A stretch of 64,000 bases of DNA from an uncultured Candidatus Binatia bacterium. Lineage in GTDB: Bacteria; Desulfobacterota; Binatia; UBA9968; CAXXLF01. The stretch's first letter is position 1; every line of letters begins with the position of its first letter. The notes under the pieces were generated by a model. The model was not told where the DNA came from. It made no database searches and was given only the letters and a program-made list of their open reading frames with translations. Positions 19,781 to 31,372 of the stretch are shown here, in pieces. The translations under genes and the position numbers were made by a program. The DNA is taken from positions 896,001 to 960,000 of the forward strand of contig OZ244621.1 of assembly GCA_965218425.1 (NCBI GenBank), in the 5' to 3' direction.

Positions 19781-21502
19781 TTTGAAGTCAATGGTTTGTA
19801 CGATGTCGCGTGGGAAGAATATTTCGATGACCCAATCCGTGAGGACGCGAACCTTACGCTCCAGACCGGGTAATTTGGACAGGTAAATGGCCCGCCACAT
19901 GAGCCAGGCAAGGAGTCCAGAGAATTGGATCGTATTCTGTCTCGCCAACGGGATTGTAAGTTCGGCGCAAGCGGTGTGGTGACCCACGACACACAACCCT
20001 CCCAGGGAATCGAAGTGGAAGGGTTTGAGAGGTTTCCCCTTGATGCTGGCATGGATATTGTGAGCTAGAGTCGCGGCTTCACGCGAAGCATATTGTGCCG
20101 TAGGAGGACAAGGCTTGCCGGTCCTTGCGTCGGTGATGGCGCCGCAGTCTCCGGCGACCCACAGGCCATGTTGCCCCTTCACAGCCAGAGTGACGTCCGC
20201 CACCACGGCACCACGCCTGTCATGCTCAACGCTTAGGGTCTTAAGCAACGGGTGCGGTGTGTTACCCGCCGTCCATACCAGAGTTTGGGCACGGATCTCT
20301 TCCTGTGGTTTTAATACAACGACTCCGGGGCGGGCATCGGCTAGCCGAGCATTGAGCTTGAAGGTAACGCCTCGGGCCGTCATACGCTCGAGGGCGTAGT
20401 GGGCCAGGGATTCACTCAACTCAGGCAAAATACGATCCCGTCCATGCACGAGAATGATGTGCAGCTCCTCGGCACGCAGTTTGGGATAGTCCGCGAGAAT
20501 TCCCCGGGCGAAATCGTTCAAGGCACCCGCCAACTCCACCCCTGCAAAGCCTCCCCCGGCTACAACGAAGGTCAAGATCTCCTGACGCTTTGACGCGTCC
20601 GGCTCATTGTCCGCTCGCTCGAACATACCGATCACATGGTTTCGAATTTGCATGGCATCCATAAGGCTCTTGAAGTTGAACGCAACCTTCTGAACATTTT
20701 CCAGCCCCATAAAGTTAGAAACCGCCCCCAGGGCCAGTGCCAGGTGGTCGTAAGGGAGTTCCCGTGTGGTCTCCGCTGTATATTCAGCACCAGACAATCG
20801 GTCGTCCATAGACAGAGTTATTTTATTTTTCTCCTGATCAACGCCAGTAACGCGGCCCCTGATCACTTGAGTGCGGTGCAGGCTGGATCGCAAAGGGCTG
20901 CTTATGTGAGTGGGTTCGACGCTACTTCCGGCAACCTCCGCCAGCATCGGGGTAAAAAGCAAAGCGTTGGTGTCGCTGATCAAGGTAAAATCCACCGACG
21001 GGTCCGCACCAAAGGCATGTTCGAGGCTATTGGCAACGGTCATTCCGGCAAACCCGCCACCCAGGATCACGATGCGAGTTTTTTTCACTTCGGGAGGGTT
21101 GGGCGGTAGTGGTTCAGGCCCCAGTCGCCACAGGGCGAGGTCGTTTAACATCTGTACCATCAACCCCAGGGCAGTACCGTACAGCACCCAACCCACAAGT
21201 TCCGGGAACAAGCTTTGCATTCCCACAGCGGTCCACTGTACGGGCTGCCCCAATAGCAAGGGAAATACAATCACACTTAGGGAACACCAAAGAGGGATAC
21301 CCAGAGCACCCGCCGTCATGGCATTGTCCACGTGGGCGGAGGGTACAGGTGGAAAAGCCAGCGAATAGACCACCCCAAACAGAGCGCCAAGTGCAATTCC
21401 TAAACTTACATTGCTCAACGTAACGGCCAGAGCGACACTGCTGACCAACCCCGCCAAGAGGCCAATGGAGCCTCGCCGCACCCGTAAACTCATCGCTTTC
21501 AT
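19778..21502 (-). CDS. Type II NAD(P)H:quinone oxidoreductase (NDH-2) fused to an N-terminal ~130-aa membrane domain
   Basis: [44 protein letters not shown] and [15 protein letters not shown]. Confidence 0.9.
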   Translation of the reverse strand: MKAMSLRVRRGSIGLLAGLVSSVALAVTLSNVSLGIALGALFGVVYSLAFPPVPSAHVDNAMTAGALGIPLWCSLSVIVFPLLLGQPVQWTAVGMQSLFPELVGWVLYGTALGLMVQMLNDLALWRLGPEPLPPNPPEVKKTRIVILGGGFAGMTVANSLEHAFGADPSVDFTLISDTNALLFTPMLAEVAGSSVEPTHISSPLRSSLHRTQVIRGRVTGVDQEKNKITLSMDDRLSGAEYTAETTRELPYDHLALALGAVSNFMGLENVQKVAFNFKSLMDAMQIRNHVIGMFERADNEPDASKRQEILTFVVAGGGFAGVELAGALNDFARGILADYPKLRAEELHIILVHGRDRILPELSESLAHYALERMTARGVTFKLNARLADARPGVVVLKPQEEIRAQTLVWTAGNTPHPLLKTLSVEHDRRGAVVADVTLAVKGQHGLWVAGDCGAITDARTGKPCPPTAQYASREAATLAHNIHASIKGKPLKPFHFDSLGGLCVVGHHTACAELTIPLARQNTIQFSGLLAWLMWRAIYLSKLPGLERKVRVLTDWVIEIFFPRDIVQTIDFK

Positions 21503-21546
21503 TCTGTCACCACCAACTGCGGTTGAGTTACCCAGTCACTTTTCAA

Positions 21547-23034
21547 CTATTCTTCACCTGCCACTGTGGTTTGATCTTTCCGCAGCAAAGGATAAAGGCT
21601 GATGAAAAGCACAAGCACTAACATGACCAGAACCAGGGGGCGGTAGAGGAACCCCACTCCCAAGCTGGTAATCGAGATGGTGAAATACTTCTCCGCCTGC
21701 TTTCCCAAAATGAGACCGAGGATCATAGGGACCCGGGGCCAATCGAAGGCTTTCATGGCAGTGCCGATGGTACCAAATATCGTCAAAATGACGATGTCGC
21801 CTAGGCTGTTGTTTGTGGCAAAACTCCCCAAGAAAACCAACACCAAAAGAATAGGAACGATTAGTGAGCCGCGCACGAAAGTGATTCGGGCCAACGGATT
21901 CGCCAGTGCAAGGGAAATGGCTGCTCCTATAACGTTTGCAACAACGAGGGCCCACATCATGGAGTAGACCACCGCCGTCTGCTTCGTCAAAAGGTTCAAC
22001 CCAGGGGTTATTCCCTGAATGGTCAATGCACCGAGAAACACGGCCATGGAAATGGTTCCCGGCACCCCAAAGGCCAGAGTAGGAATGAGACCCGCCTCCG
22101 CGGCGGCATTATTGGCTGTTTCCGCGGCGATGACTCCCTCCGGCGCGCCTTTACCGAAACGCTCCGGTTGCTTTGAGGACTGGACCGTTTGCCCATAGGC
22201 GACGAATGAAGCTGCACCTGGACCAAGCCCCGGCACCATTCCAAAGACGGTCCCTATGATTGACGCTCGCAGGGTCACCTTCCAATGGCGCGCGGAGTCC
22301 TTGAATCCATCTAAAACACCACTAGTCTTGAGTGCCGTCCTTTCAACCCGCGCGAGACTGCTCCCTTTAACCGCCAGTTCCACGATCTCCGGAACGGCGA
22401 ACAGACCGATCAACGTGGGCAAGAGTGGCAGACCACTCCATAGGTACAGCGTGCCGAGAGTGTAGCGGTGCGTTGACGTTTGTAGGTCCATCCCCACGGT
22501 GGCGAGAATTAAACCAACCCCGCCGCACAGCCATCCACGAATCGGTGAGCCTCCCCCCAGGGACGAGATAAAGGCGATGCCGAGCAAAACGATCATAAAT
22601 TGCTCAGGAGATCCAAATGAAAGAATCAGGGGCCTAAGAAGAGGGACGGAAACTCCCAGGACCACGGCAGCAAAGATGCCGCCAATGGCCGAGGTCAGTA
22701 TTCCGGCGCCCATCGCACGAGCGGCTTCACCGCGCTGGGTCATGGCATATCCGTCGGCAACGGTAGCTGCGGACCCTGCAGCCGTAGGAATAGCGTAGAG
22801 GATTGCGGTGACGGCGCTCACCGTCGAGTCCACTGCCAATATTCCCATAAGGAGGGAGAACGCCGCCACCGGAGTCATGGTAAAGAGAAAAGGGAGTAGC
22901 AGGGCAAATGCGGTGGTCACGCCCAATCCAGGTAGGAGTCCTGTTGCCAGACCGATACTGACTCCCGCCAGCAACATGGCAAACGGAACAGGCGCCAACA
23001 GGCTCGTTAGGCCAGCAAAAAGCGCGTCAAACAT
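21547..23034 (-). CDS. tctA: Tripartite tricarboxylate transporter large permease
   Basis: GLLPGLG, DGYAMTQRGEA, PERFGKGAPEGVIAAETANNA and IPTLAFGVPG. Confidence 0.93.
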   Translation of the reverse strand: MFDALFAGLTSLLAPVPFAMLLAGVSIGLATGLLPGLGVTTAFALLLPFLFTMTPVAAFSLLMGILAVDSTVSAVTAILYAIPTAAGSAATVADGYAMTQRGEAARAMGAGILTSAIGGIFAAVVLGVSVPLLRPLILSFGSPEQFMIVLLGIAFISSLGGGSPIRGWLCGGVGLILATVGMDLQTSTHRYTLGTLYLWSGLPLLPTLIGLFAVPEIVELAVKGSSLARVERTALKTSGVLDGFKDSARHWKVTLRASIIGTVFGMVPGLGPGAASFVAYGQTVQSSKQPERFGKGAPEGVIAAETANNAAAEAGLIPTLAFGVPGTISMAVFLGALTIQGITPGLNLLTKQTAVVYSMMWALVVANVIGAAISLALANPLARITFVRGSLIVPILLVLVFLGSFATNNSLGDIVILTIFGTIGTAMKAFDWPRVPMILGLILGKQAEKYFTISITSLGVGFLYRPLVLVMLVLVLFISLYPLLRKDQTTVAGEE

Positions 23035-23089
23035 ATGGAAAAGGCGGTGCTGCCGCTTCGACCTTAATAACCAACAATGACAAGATGGC

Positions 23090-24109
23090 TCAATTGGGCC
23101 GCTTGAGCATTTCGCGAATCCGCTTGAGGACTTCAGGAGGGGCCTGAGTCAGCTTCCTGATCGTCTTCCCCACCTGCTCACCGTCATTCGGCACTACGGA
23201 GAGGCCGGTTTTTTTGGCATCCGCAAGGAACTTCGGATCGTTCAACGTTTTTAAGTAGGCCTGGCGAAGAATTTGGATCCGCTCCTTGGGTACGCCCGGC
23301 GGTGCCGTCCAAGCCCTGGGCGTTCTAAAAGGAACCACCGCCACCTCAACCAACTTCCTGGTATTCTCGTCTTTAATTAATTCCCAGATGGTGGGGACCT
23401 TAGGCAGCGCCTTATGCCGGGTATCGGAAATGATACCCAGAATATGAAATCCCTGGTCCAACCATTCTCGGCGCCGCGCAAAAACCGTTGAAAAGGTCGA
23501 AGACCTGCCATCCACTTCCTTGCGTTCCACCGCCAGGTCGATTTCCGGAGGCGAATAGCCGAAGACATAATCGAATTTGACGCCCAGGGATTTCTCAAAG
23601 ATTCGAGACTGCATGAAGATTGCATGCCTCGAGGACGGAACACCCAGCTTGGGGGGGCGGTTAGCGTTGCGAATTGCGTCTACATTTGAATAGGGCGTAT
23701 CCACATGAAAGATCAGAATTGAGTTGGGGTCGGCGAAGGTCCCAAGCCAGATAAAATCTTCCACCTTGTACTTGACCCCCCGGGTCCCGAGCAGCTTATG
23801 AAATGCCACGAGAGTACCGTTGAGGCCGATGGTCAACCCGTCAGGTTTGGCCACGTTGTAGAGATAGTTGGCCAGATTTATTCCACCGCCACCCGGTATC
23901 GACTGAACGATAATCGCGGGATTTCCTGGGATATGACGACTGATGTGCCGCCCCACCGTTCGTGCCTCAATGTCAGTTAGTGCGCCGGGAGGCGATGGGA
24001 CCAAAACGCGTAACGCCTTACCGCTATAGAAAGACTGTGCCAGCCCTGTGATGGGGATAAGCCATATGCACACAGAAAGGCAAAGCCACCGGAATATCTT
24101 TCCAAACAT
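23090..24109 (-). CDS. tctC: Tripartite tricarboxylate transporter substrate-binding protein (Bug/TctC)
   Basis: Signal peptide; FYSGK, HIPGNP, PGGGG, AKPDGLT and APPGVPKER. Confidence 0.9.
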   Translation of the reverse strand: MFGKIFRWLCLSVCIWLIPITGLAQSFYSGKALRVLVPSPPGALTDIEARTVGRHISRHIPGNPAIIVQSIPGGGGINLANYLYNVAKPDGLTIGLNGTLVAFHKLLGTRGVKYKVEDFIWLGTFADPNSILIFHVDTPYSNVDAIRNANRPPKLGVPSSRHAIFMQSRIFEKSLGVKFDYVFGYSPPEIDLAVERKEVDGRSSTFSTVFARRREWLDQGFHILGIISDTRHKALPKVPTIWELIKDENTRKLVEVAVVPFRTPRAWTAPPGVPKERIQILRQAYLKTLNDPKFLADAKKTGLSVVPNDGEQVGKTIRKLTQAPPEVLKRIREMLKRPN

Positions 24110-24206
24110 ATGTCACCTCCTGTATTTTTCCTCTGATGTTTTCTATAGAGCTTATTAAATTCTGTCGCACCCTAAAGTATGAATCCCCAGACGTATTACT
24201 TCGACA

Positions 24207-24704
24207 CTAACCCCACATCCGATCCAGCCACTGAAACACAATTCCACTGGGAAAAGGTAGATGGAGGAAACGATCGAAGATACCCCACAGAAAGGCCCAT
24301 GCCACTGCGGTGAGGCCTAGGGAAATAAACCAACCTTCTCGCGATTGAATCTTCAGATAGCCAAATACGACCACGGGTACGGCCACCTGAAACCCTACAA
24401 ACCAGATAAGACCCAAAAACCCGTAAATCCAACAGAAGATATTCAGGTTCCTTTTACGGATCAGCTCGGGTGACAATGTTTCAGAGGAAGCTAGAAACTC
24501 TTCGCCATCGTTAGTGCCCCGTACGGTCTCGCTAACGCCGCGGGTGTCGAGAGCGATCTGTACCAAGCTGAGAAACAGCATCGGAATCCCGATGAACCAA
24601 GGAAAGGTACGAGCTTCCACCGGCCAATCATTGGCCACAATGAGCACCGCAGCGAAGAACACGGCTACAAAAGAACTCACGAATACTCGACGCTCAACCC
24701 GCAT
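24207..24704 (-). CDS. tctB: Tripartite tricarboxylate transporter small subunit
   Basis: 4-5 TM segments; ARTFP, GF and FDRFLHLPFP.G motifs; adjacent to tctC and tctA. Confidence 0.85.
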   Translation of the reverse strand: MRVERRVFVSSFVAVFFAAVLIVANDWPVEARTFPWFIGIPMLFLSLVQIALDTRGVSETVRGTNDGEEFLASSETLSPELIRKRNLNIFCWIYGFLGLIWFVGFQVAVPVVVFGYLKIQSREGWFISLGLTAVAWAFLWGIFDRFLHLPFPSGIVFQWLDRMWG

Positions 24705-24842
24705 GTCCCGTCCCCCGTCCTTATCAGTCCCACACCATAGCCTGGGATAACTTCCAAGGCAACAAATTTGAGAGAATTCAGCGTATATTTTAAAGGAGCG
24801 TTCCTATCTGATGTTAGAGAGGATCATTGGCATTACAAGTTG

Positions 24843-24871
24843 TTGAATTCGACCCTCGAGTCTAATATAAT
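24843..24871 (+). promoter_or_regulatory. Sigma70 promoter of the amidohydrolase gene
   Basis: TTGAAT-N17-TATAAT, 37 nt before the ATG; GGAGG RBS. Confidence 0.6.
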
Positions 24872-24908
24872 CCTCCCGCAGACTGCCTTTGGATAGGGAG
24901 GGACGCCC

Positions 24909-25997
24909 ATGAGTAAATCAAACCATCTGCCGGTCATTGACGCCGATTCCCACGTGATCGAGACTGCACGGACATGGGACTATCTAGAGCCGTCAGAGCA
25001 GAAGTATCGCCCACTTCTTTACTCCTCTCCTGATAATCCAGCCCGACAGTACTGGATGATGGACGGCAGGATCTGCGGTCTCCGCTTTCCTACCTTGAGC
25101 GAGCGGGAGCTTAAGACAATGTCTGAAAAGACCGGGAGGCACATGGAAACTCCCCAAGAGGCCCGCGAGCTCGATGACGTGAACCTTAGGCTAAAGCACA
25201 TGGACGAGCTCGGGATCGATATTCAGATCTTGCACAACACTTGCTGGATCGAACAGGTCTCGCCGCGACCAGAGATTGAGGCTGCGCTTTGCCGGAGCTG
25301 GAACCGTTGGCTGAGGGATATTTGGCGCCAGGGGAACGGAAGGTTGCGCTGGTCGTGTGTCGTCCCCTCCATGCTCATGGACGAGGCAATCGAGCAGGTG
25401 AAGATGGCAAGGAAGAACGGGGCCGTGGCAGTGTGTCTGAGGCCTCTCGAAGGGGACCGGCACCTTACAGACCCATACTTTTATCCGCTTTATGAAGTGG
25501 CAAGCGATCTGGACATGGCGATAGCCGTGCATATCGCCAACGGCAATCCAGACTATTGCGATCTGTATCGCTATACTCCCGCGAGCACCATGATTATGTT
25601 TCGAATGCCTACAGTAGCCTCCTGCTTCGCTCTATTGATGAGCGAAGTCCCGCAAACCTTCCGGAAATTGCGCTGGGGTTTTATTGAAACGTCGGCCCAA
25701 TGGGTACCGTGGATCTATCACGAGGCCGCAATTCGCTACAAAGGAGCGGGCAGAACGATCCCTGACGACCTGTTTCACGAGTACAACATCTTCGTTACCT
25801 GTCAAACAAACGACGACATTCCATACATTCTCAAGTATGCTGGCGAGCACTCTTTGGCCATAGGTACAGACTACGGACACACCGACACCTCCGCCAAGGT
25901 GGATGCGATTACGGAATTTAAAAATGCTGAAGCAATCAGCCGGCAAGATCGTGAAAGGATTCTGAGTCACAACCCAAAAGCCTTGTATGCCCTCTAA
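24909..25997 (+). CDS. Amidohydrolase-2 family metalloenzyme
   Basis: DADSHVIE, IAVH, ETSAQW and GTDYGHTD; paralogous to 4066..5199. Confidence 0.9.
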   Translation: MSKSNHLPVIDADSHVIETARTWDYLEPSEQKYRPLLYSSPDNPARQYWMMDGRICGLRFPTLSERELKTMSEKTGRHMETPQEARELDDVNLRLKHMDELGIDIQILHNTCWIEQVSPRPEIEAALCRSWNRWLRDIWRQGNGRLRWSCVVPSMLMDEAIEQVKMARKNGAVAVCLRPLEGDRHLTDPYFYPLYEVASDLDMAIAVHIANGNPDYCDLYRYTPASTMIMFRMPTVASCFALLMSEVPQTFRKLRWGFIETSAQWVPWIYHEAAIRYKGAGRTIPDDLFHEYNIFVTCQTNDDIPYILKYAGEHSLAIGTDYGHTDTSAKVDAITEFKNAEAISRQDRERILSHNPKALYAL

Positions 25998-26051
25998 AAG
26001 CGCGGAACCAAATCGCCACATTGGCGCCACGAGGAATAGAATCGAGGCAGG

Positions 26052-27578
<1,527 letters not shown>

Positions 27579-27750
27579 CGCGCAGCCAATCTACCATTAT
27601 GGTAGCAGGAAGGGGATCATACTGAAAAACCCATCTGGGGGGAAGAAGAAATAGAGGTCTCTTTCCATGTTTTAAAAATATGAACCAATCTGTGATTTTC
27701 GCTTGAAATTTCGTTTGGGGACACAGACGAAAATCCCTTTGAAAATAATG

Positions 27751-27982
27751 CCACAGAAGCGCAAAGGGCGTAGAGAACCAAATTTTTGTTTGTCGGGAGA
27801 CGACGACAAACGAAAACATTGTTCAAATTTTAGAGATGTAAGCATTTGCCCAATCGTCGCCTGCCGATCGGGCAAATGGGCTTTCCTCAGCGCACTCTGC
27901 GTCACCGCGGTGGAATCTCCGAATCCTTACCTGCGAAAATCGGCGGTCAAAACTCTTTACACCTTGCGTCTTGGCGCGAAAA
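27751..27982. repeat. Cluster of REP-like short repeats and a hairpin
   Basis: CCACAGAAGCGCAAAGGGCGTAGAG; hairpin CATTTGCCC...GGGCAAATG; CTCAGCGCACTCTGCGTCACCGCGGTG; GCGTCTTGGCGCGAAA, which recurs exactly at 53457-53472. Confidence 0.6.
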
Positions 27983-28104
27983 ACTCTATTTAAGTTCGGT
28001 CTGTTGAATCTTTGACAAAGCCTAAGATTCCCCACGGGCCATCTTGCCAAGAGTTGGAAATCTTGGTAAGAAAATGTATGGATGTCTTGAACCGGCATAA
28101 CCAG

Positions 28105-28134
28105 AAAAACCCAGGTCTTTGTCTGGGTTTTTTT
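28105..28134 (+). terminator. Intrinsic terminator-like hairpin in the guaB leader (possible attenuator)
   Basis: AAAAACCCAG-GTCTTTGT-CTGGG followed by T7, ending 21 nt before the guaB ATG. Confidence 0.6.
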
Positions 28135-28155
28135 ATCGTTTCTCGGAGGTAAGCC

Positions 28156-29622
28156 ATGTTGGATCAGGAAATGCTACCCCGCGGCTTGACCTTTGATGAC
28201 GTCCTCTTAGTTCCTGCGCAATCTTCCGTCCTCCCAAAAGACACCGACGTCTCTACCATCCTCACTGAGCGAATTAAATTGAACGTTCCACTGCTGAGTG
28301 CCGCCATGGATACGGTAACGGAGTCACGCACAGCCATTGCCATGGCGCAGGAGGGTGGAATCGGACTCATTCACCGCAATATGTCCATTGCGGCCGAAGC
28401 CGCCGAGGTGGAAAAAGTAAAAAAATTCGAGAGCGGAATGATCACCGACCCTATCACAGTGGAGCCGGAGCAAAAGCTGGCGGAGGTCCAGGAGATCATG
28501 GGCAAGTTTCACATTTCCGGGCTGCCGGTGACCCAGAATGGAAAACTGGTGGGAATCATCACCCACCGAGACCTGCGCTTTGAAAAGAGACTCGATCGCC
28601 CCGTCTCGGAGGTGATGACAAAGGAAAACCTGGTCACCACCAAGCCTGGTCTAAATTTTGAAGAGGCCAAGGAGATCCTACATCGTCACCGGATCGAGAA
28701 GCTCCTCGTGGTGGATGATCGCTTTCAGCTAAAAGGCCTGATTACCGTCAAAGATATCGAAAAGAAAACCCAATACCCCTTTGCCTGCAAGGATGACCGG
28801 GGACGGCTAAGGGTGGGGGCCGCCGTGGGGGTGGGGCCGGATTGTGAGGCGAGGGTCGACGCACTGCTCAGGGCGAGTGTTGATTTGGTGGCCGTGGACA
28901 CGGCCCATGGTCACTCGAAAAACGTCCTGGACATGGTGGCTCGCATTCGACGTCACTATCCCGATCTGGACATCGTCGGAGGAAACGTGGCCACTGAAGA
29001 AGGCACCACAGCGCTGATTGAGGCGGGGGTGAATACCGTCAAAGTCGGGGTAGGGCCCGGCTCCATTTGCACCACTCGAGTCATCTCCGGAATCGGAGTG
29101 CCCCAGATTACGGCCATTGCGAACTGCGTGAAAGCGGCAGGGAGACGCAATATCCCTGTGATTTCCGACGGTGGTATCAAGTTTTCAGGTGACATCACAA
29201 AGGCCCTTGCGGCAGGGGCTCATTCCGTCATGATTGGCGGCTTATTTGCGGGTACCGAAGAGAGTCCGGGCGAAACGATCCTTTATCAGGGCAGGACCTA
29301 CAAGCTTTACCGTGGCATGGGTTCCGTAGGCGCCATGAAGGATGGAAGCAAGGACCGCTACGGTCAAGGAGATGTGGAGGAGGAAATGAAGTTGGTCCCT
29401 GAAGGGATTGAAGGACAGATTCCTTACAAGGGTTCACTTGCCTTCAATGTCCATCAGCTGGTTGGCGGATTGCGATCAGGGATGGGGTATCTGGGCTCAC
29501 GGACCATCCAGGAACTGCGCACCAAAGCCCAATTCCTTCAGATTACCTCGGCCGGGCTGAAGGAAGGTCATGTCCATGATGTCTTTATCACCAAAGAGGC
29601 ACCCAATTATAGGTCCGAATGA
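28156..29622 (+). CDS. guaB: IMP dehydrogenase with CBS pair
   Basis: [36 protein letters not shown] and VPEGIEG. Confidence 0.99.
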   Translation: MLDQEMLPRGLTFDDVLLVPAQSSVLPKDTDVSTILTERIKLNVPLLSAAMDTVTESRTAIAMAQEGGIGLIHRNMSIAAEAAEVEKVKKFESGMITDPITVEPEQKLAEVQEIMGKFHISGLPVTQNGKLVGIITHRDLRFEKRLDRPVSEVMTKENLVTTKPGLNFEEAKEILHRHRIEKLLVVDDRFQLKGLITVKDIEKKTQYPFACKDDRGRLRVGAAVGVGPDCEARVDALLRASVDLVAVDTAHGHSKNVLDMVARIRRHYPDLDIVGGNVATEEGTTALIEAGVNTVKVGVGPGSICTTRVISGIGVPQITAIANCVKAAGRRNIPVISDGGIKFSGDITKALAAGAHSVMIGGLFAGTEESPGETILYQGRTYKLYRGMGSVGAMKDGSKDRYGQGDVEEEMKLVPEGIEGQIPYKGSLAFNVHQLVGGLRSGMGYLGSRTIQELRTKAQFLQITSAGLKEGHVHDVFITKEAPNYRSE

Positions 29623-31148
29623 TCCTCGTTCTTGATTTTGGCTCCCAATACACACAGCTTATAGCTCGCCGTGTCCGCGAGAGTAACGTTTACTGCGAGA
29701 TCCGTCCCTTCAACACTCCCCTGGAAAAAATCCGTCAGCTTCAACCCAAGGGAATCATCCTTTCAGGTGGTCCTGCCAGTGTCTACCAGGAAAACGCCCC
29801 CCAAGTGCGGGGAGAGCTATTCGATTTTCCCGTTCCCTTCTTGGGTATATGTTACGGCATGGGACTCATCAACCGTGCCGGGGGAGGCAAAGTGGCACAG
29901 GCCCAACAACGGGAATACGGCCTCGCCGACATTTCGATAAAAGACAATTCAGATCTATTTCACGGTTTCTCACAAGACATTGGGGCCCCTGTATGGATGA
30001 GCCACGGGGACCACATGACCTCCCTCCCCCATGGCTGGCGTGTCCTCGCGCAAAGTGCCAATTCTCCCATCGCTGCCTTTTCCAATCCGCAACGCCGTCT
30101 GTTTGGAGTTCAGTTTCACCCCGAGGTGACCCACACCCCCCGGGGAAAGGAAACCCTGAATAATTTTCTCTTCCGTATCTGCCGCTGCGAACCCACATGG
30201 ACCATGGCACGCTTTGTCGAGACGTCGGTTGAGACCATCAACAAGCGCGCAGGACATAACCGTGTTCTCTGCGCCTTGAGCGGGGGAGTCGACTCTTCAG
30301 TGGCAGCAACCCTCGTTCACCGGGCCATTGGAGACCGGCTAATCTGTATCTTCGTTAACAACGGACTCCTACGCCAAGGGGAAGCCGAAGATGTATGCCA
30401 ATTGGGACAACGTTTCGCAGAGGGCTTCCGCTACGTGGACGCCAGTGGGCGCTTTGTTGCGGCCCTTCGAGGGGTGGAAGATCCGGAAGAGAAACGGAGA
30501 AGGATCGGGCACCTATTCATCGAGGTTTTCGAAGAAGAGTCCAACAAGCTCGGCGATGTTCCATACCTCGCCCAGGGAACCCTTTATCCCGATGTAATTG
30601 AGTCCGTCTCATCCGTCGGTCCATCCGCCACCATCAAAACCCATCACAACGTGGGTGGACTCCCTGAGAAAATGAAACTTCAAATCATTGAGCCCCTCCG
30701 GGAGCTTTTCAAAGACGAGGTGCGCCGGTTGGGACAAGAATTGGGTCTTCCCGCGCAGATGATTGTGCGCCAGCCCTTCCCAGGTCCTGGACTCGCGGTA
30801 CGCATCCTGGGCGAAGTAACCGAAGAGCGACTCCAAGTGCTGCGCGAGGCGGATGCCATTGTTATGCATGAGATTCGAGCCGCTGGTTTCCACGATAAGG
30901 TATGGCAGTCTTTTGCCGTTCTACTTCCCACCCGAACGGTTGGTGTCATGGGGGACGAGCGAACCTACGAAAATGTCATTGCCCTGAGGGTGGTCGATAG
31001 CCAGGACGGAATGACCGCAGATTGGGTCCCGCTACCCTCGGAATTGCTCGGGCGAATATCCAATCGCATCATCAACGAGGTTCGCGGAGTGGGGCGGGTT
31101 GTCTACGATATCTCTTCCAAGCCCCCTGCAACTATTGAATGGGAATAA
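29619..31148 (+). CDS. guaA: GMP synthase (glutamine-hydrolysing)
   Basis: [34 protein letters not shown] and KPPATIEWE. Confidence 0.99.
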   Translation: MILVLDFGSQYTQLIARRVRESNVYCEIRPFNTPLEKIRQLQPKGIILSGGPASVYQENAPQVRGELFDFPVPFLGICYGMGLINRAGGGKVAQAQQREYGLADISIKDNSDLFHGFSQDIGAPVWMSHGDHMTSLPHGWRVLAQSANSPIAAFSNPQRRLFGVQFHPEVTHTPRGKETLNNFLFRICRCEPTWTMARFVETSVETINKRAGHNRVLCALSGGVDSSVAATLVHRAIGDRLICIFVNNGLLRQGEAEDVCQLGQRFAEGFRYVDASGRFVAALRGVEDPEEKRRRIGHLFIEVFEEESNKLGDVPYLAQGTLYPDVIESVSSVGPSATIKTHHNVGGLPEKMKLQIIEPLRELFKDEVRRLGQELGLPAQMIVRQPFPGPGLAVRILGEVTEERLQVLREADAIVMHEIRAAGFHDKVWQSFAVLLPTRTVGVMGDERTYENVIALRVVDSQDGMTADWVPLPSELLGRISNRIINEVRGVGRVVYDISSKPPATIEWE

Positions 31149-31372
31149 CAAAGATATAAAAAATTGTGCAGCCCTTTCATTTGTGCTAGGTTTACCCCGA
31201 CCCGAGCATCCGAGTCCAAGTTTTTTAACGGTCGCAGAGACCTGGATCGTAAGTCCAGAACCAAGCCATATGTGAATTTTTGAAATATGACACGGACCTC
31301 TGATGTTGGCTTGCTGTGATTTCTTAAATCGAGTACGGTCGGATCGGGGTTTACCCGCGGAAAAGAGAACCC

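Noticed and set aside
27751..27982. Possible CRISPR array
   Set aside because: Units are degenerate, irregularly spaced and in both orientations; no cas genes.
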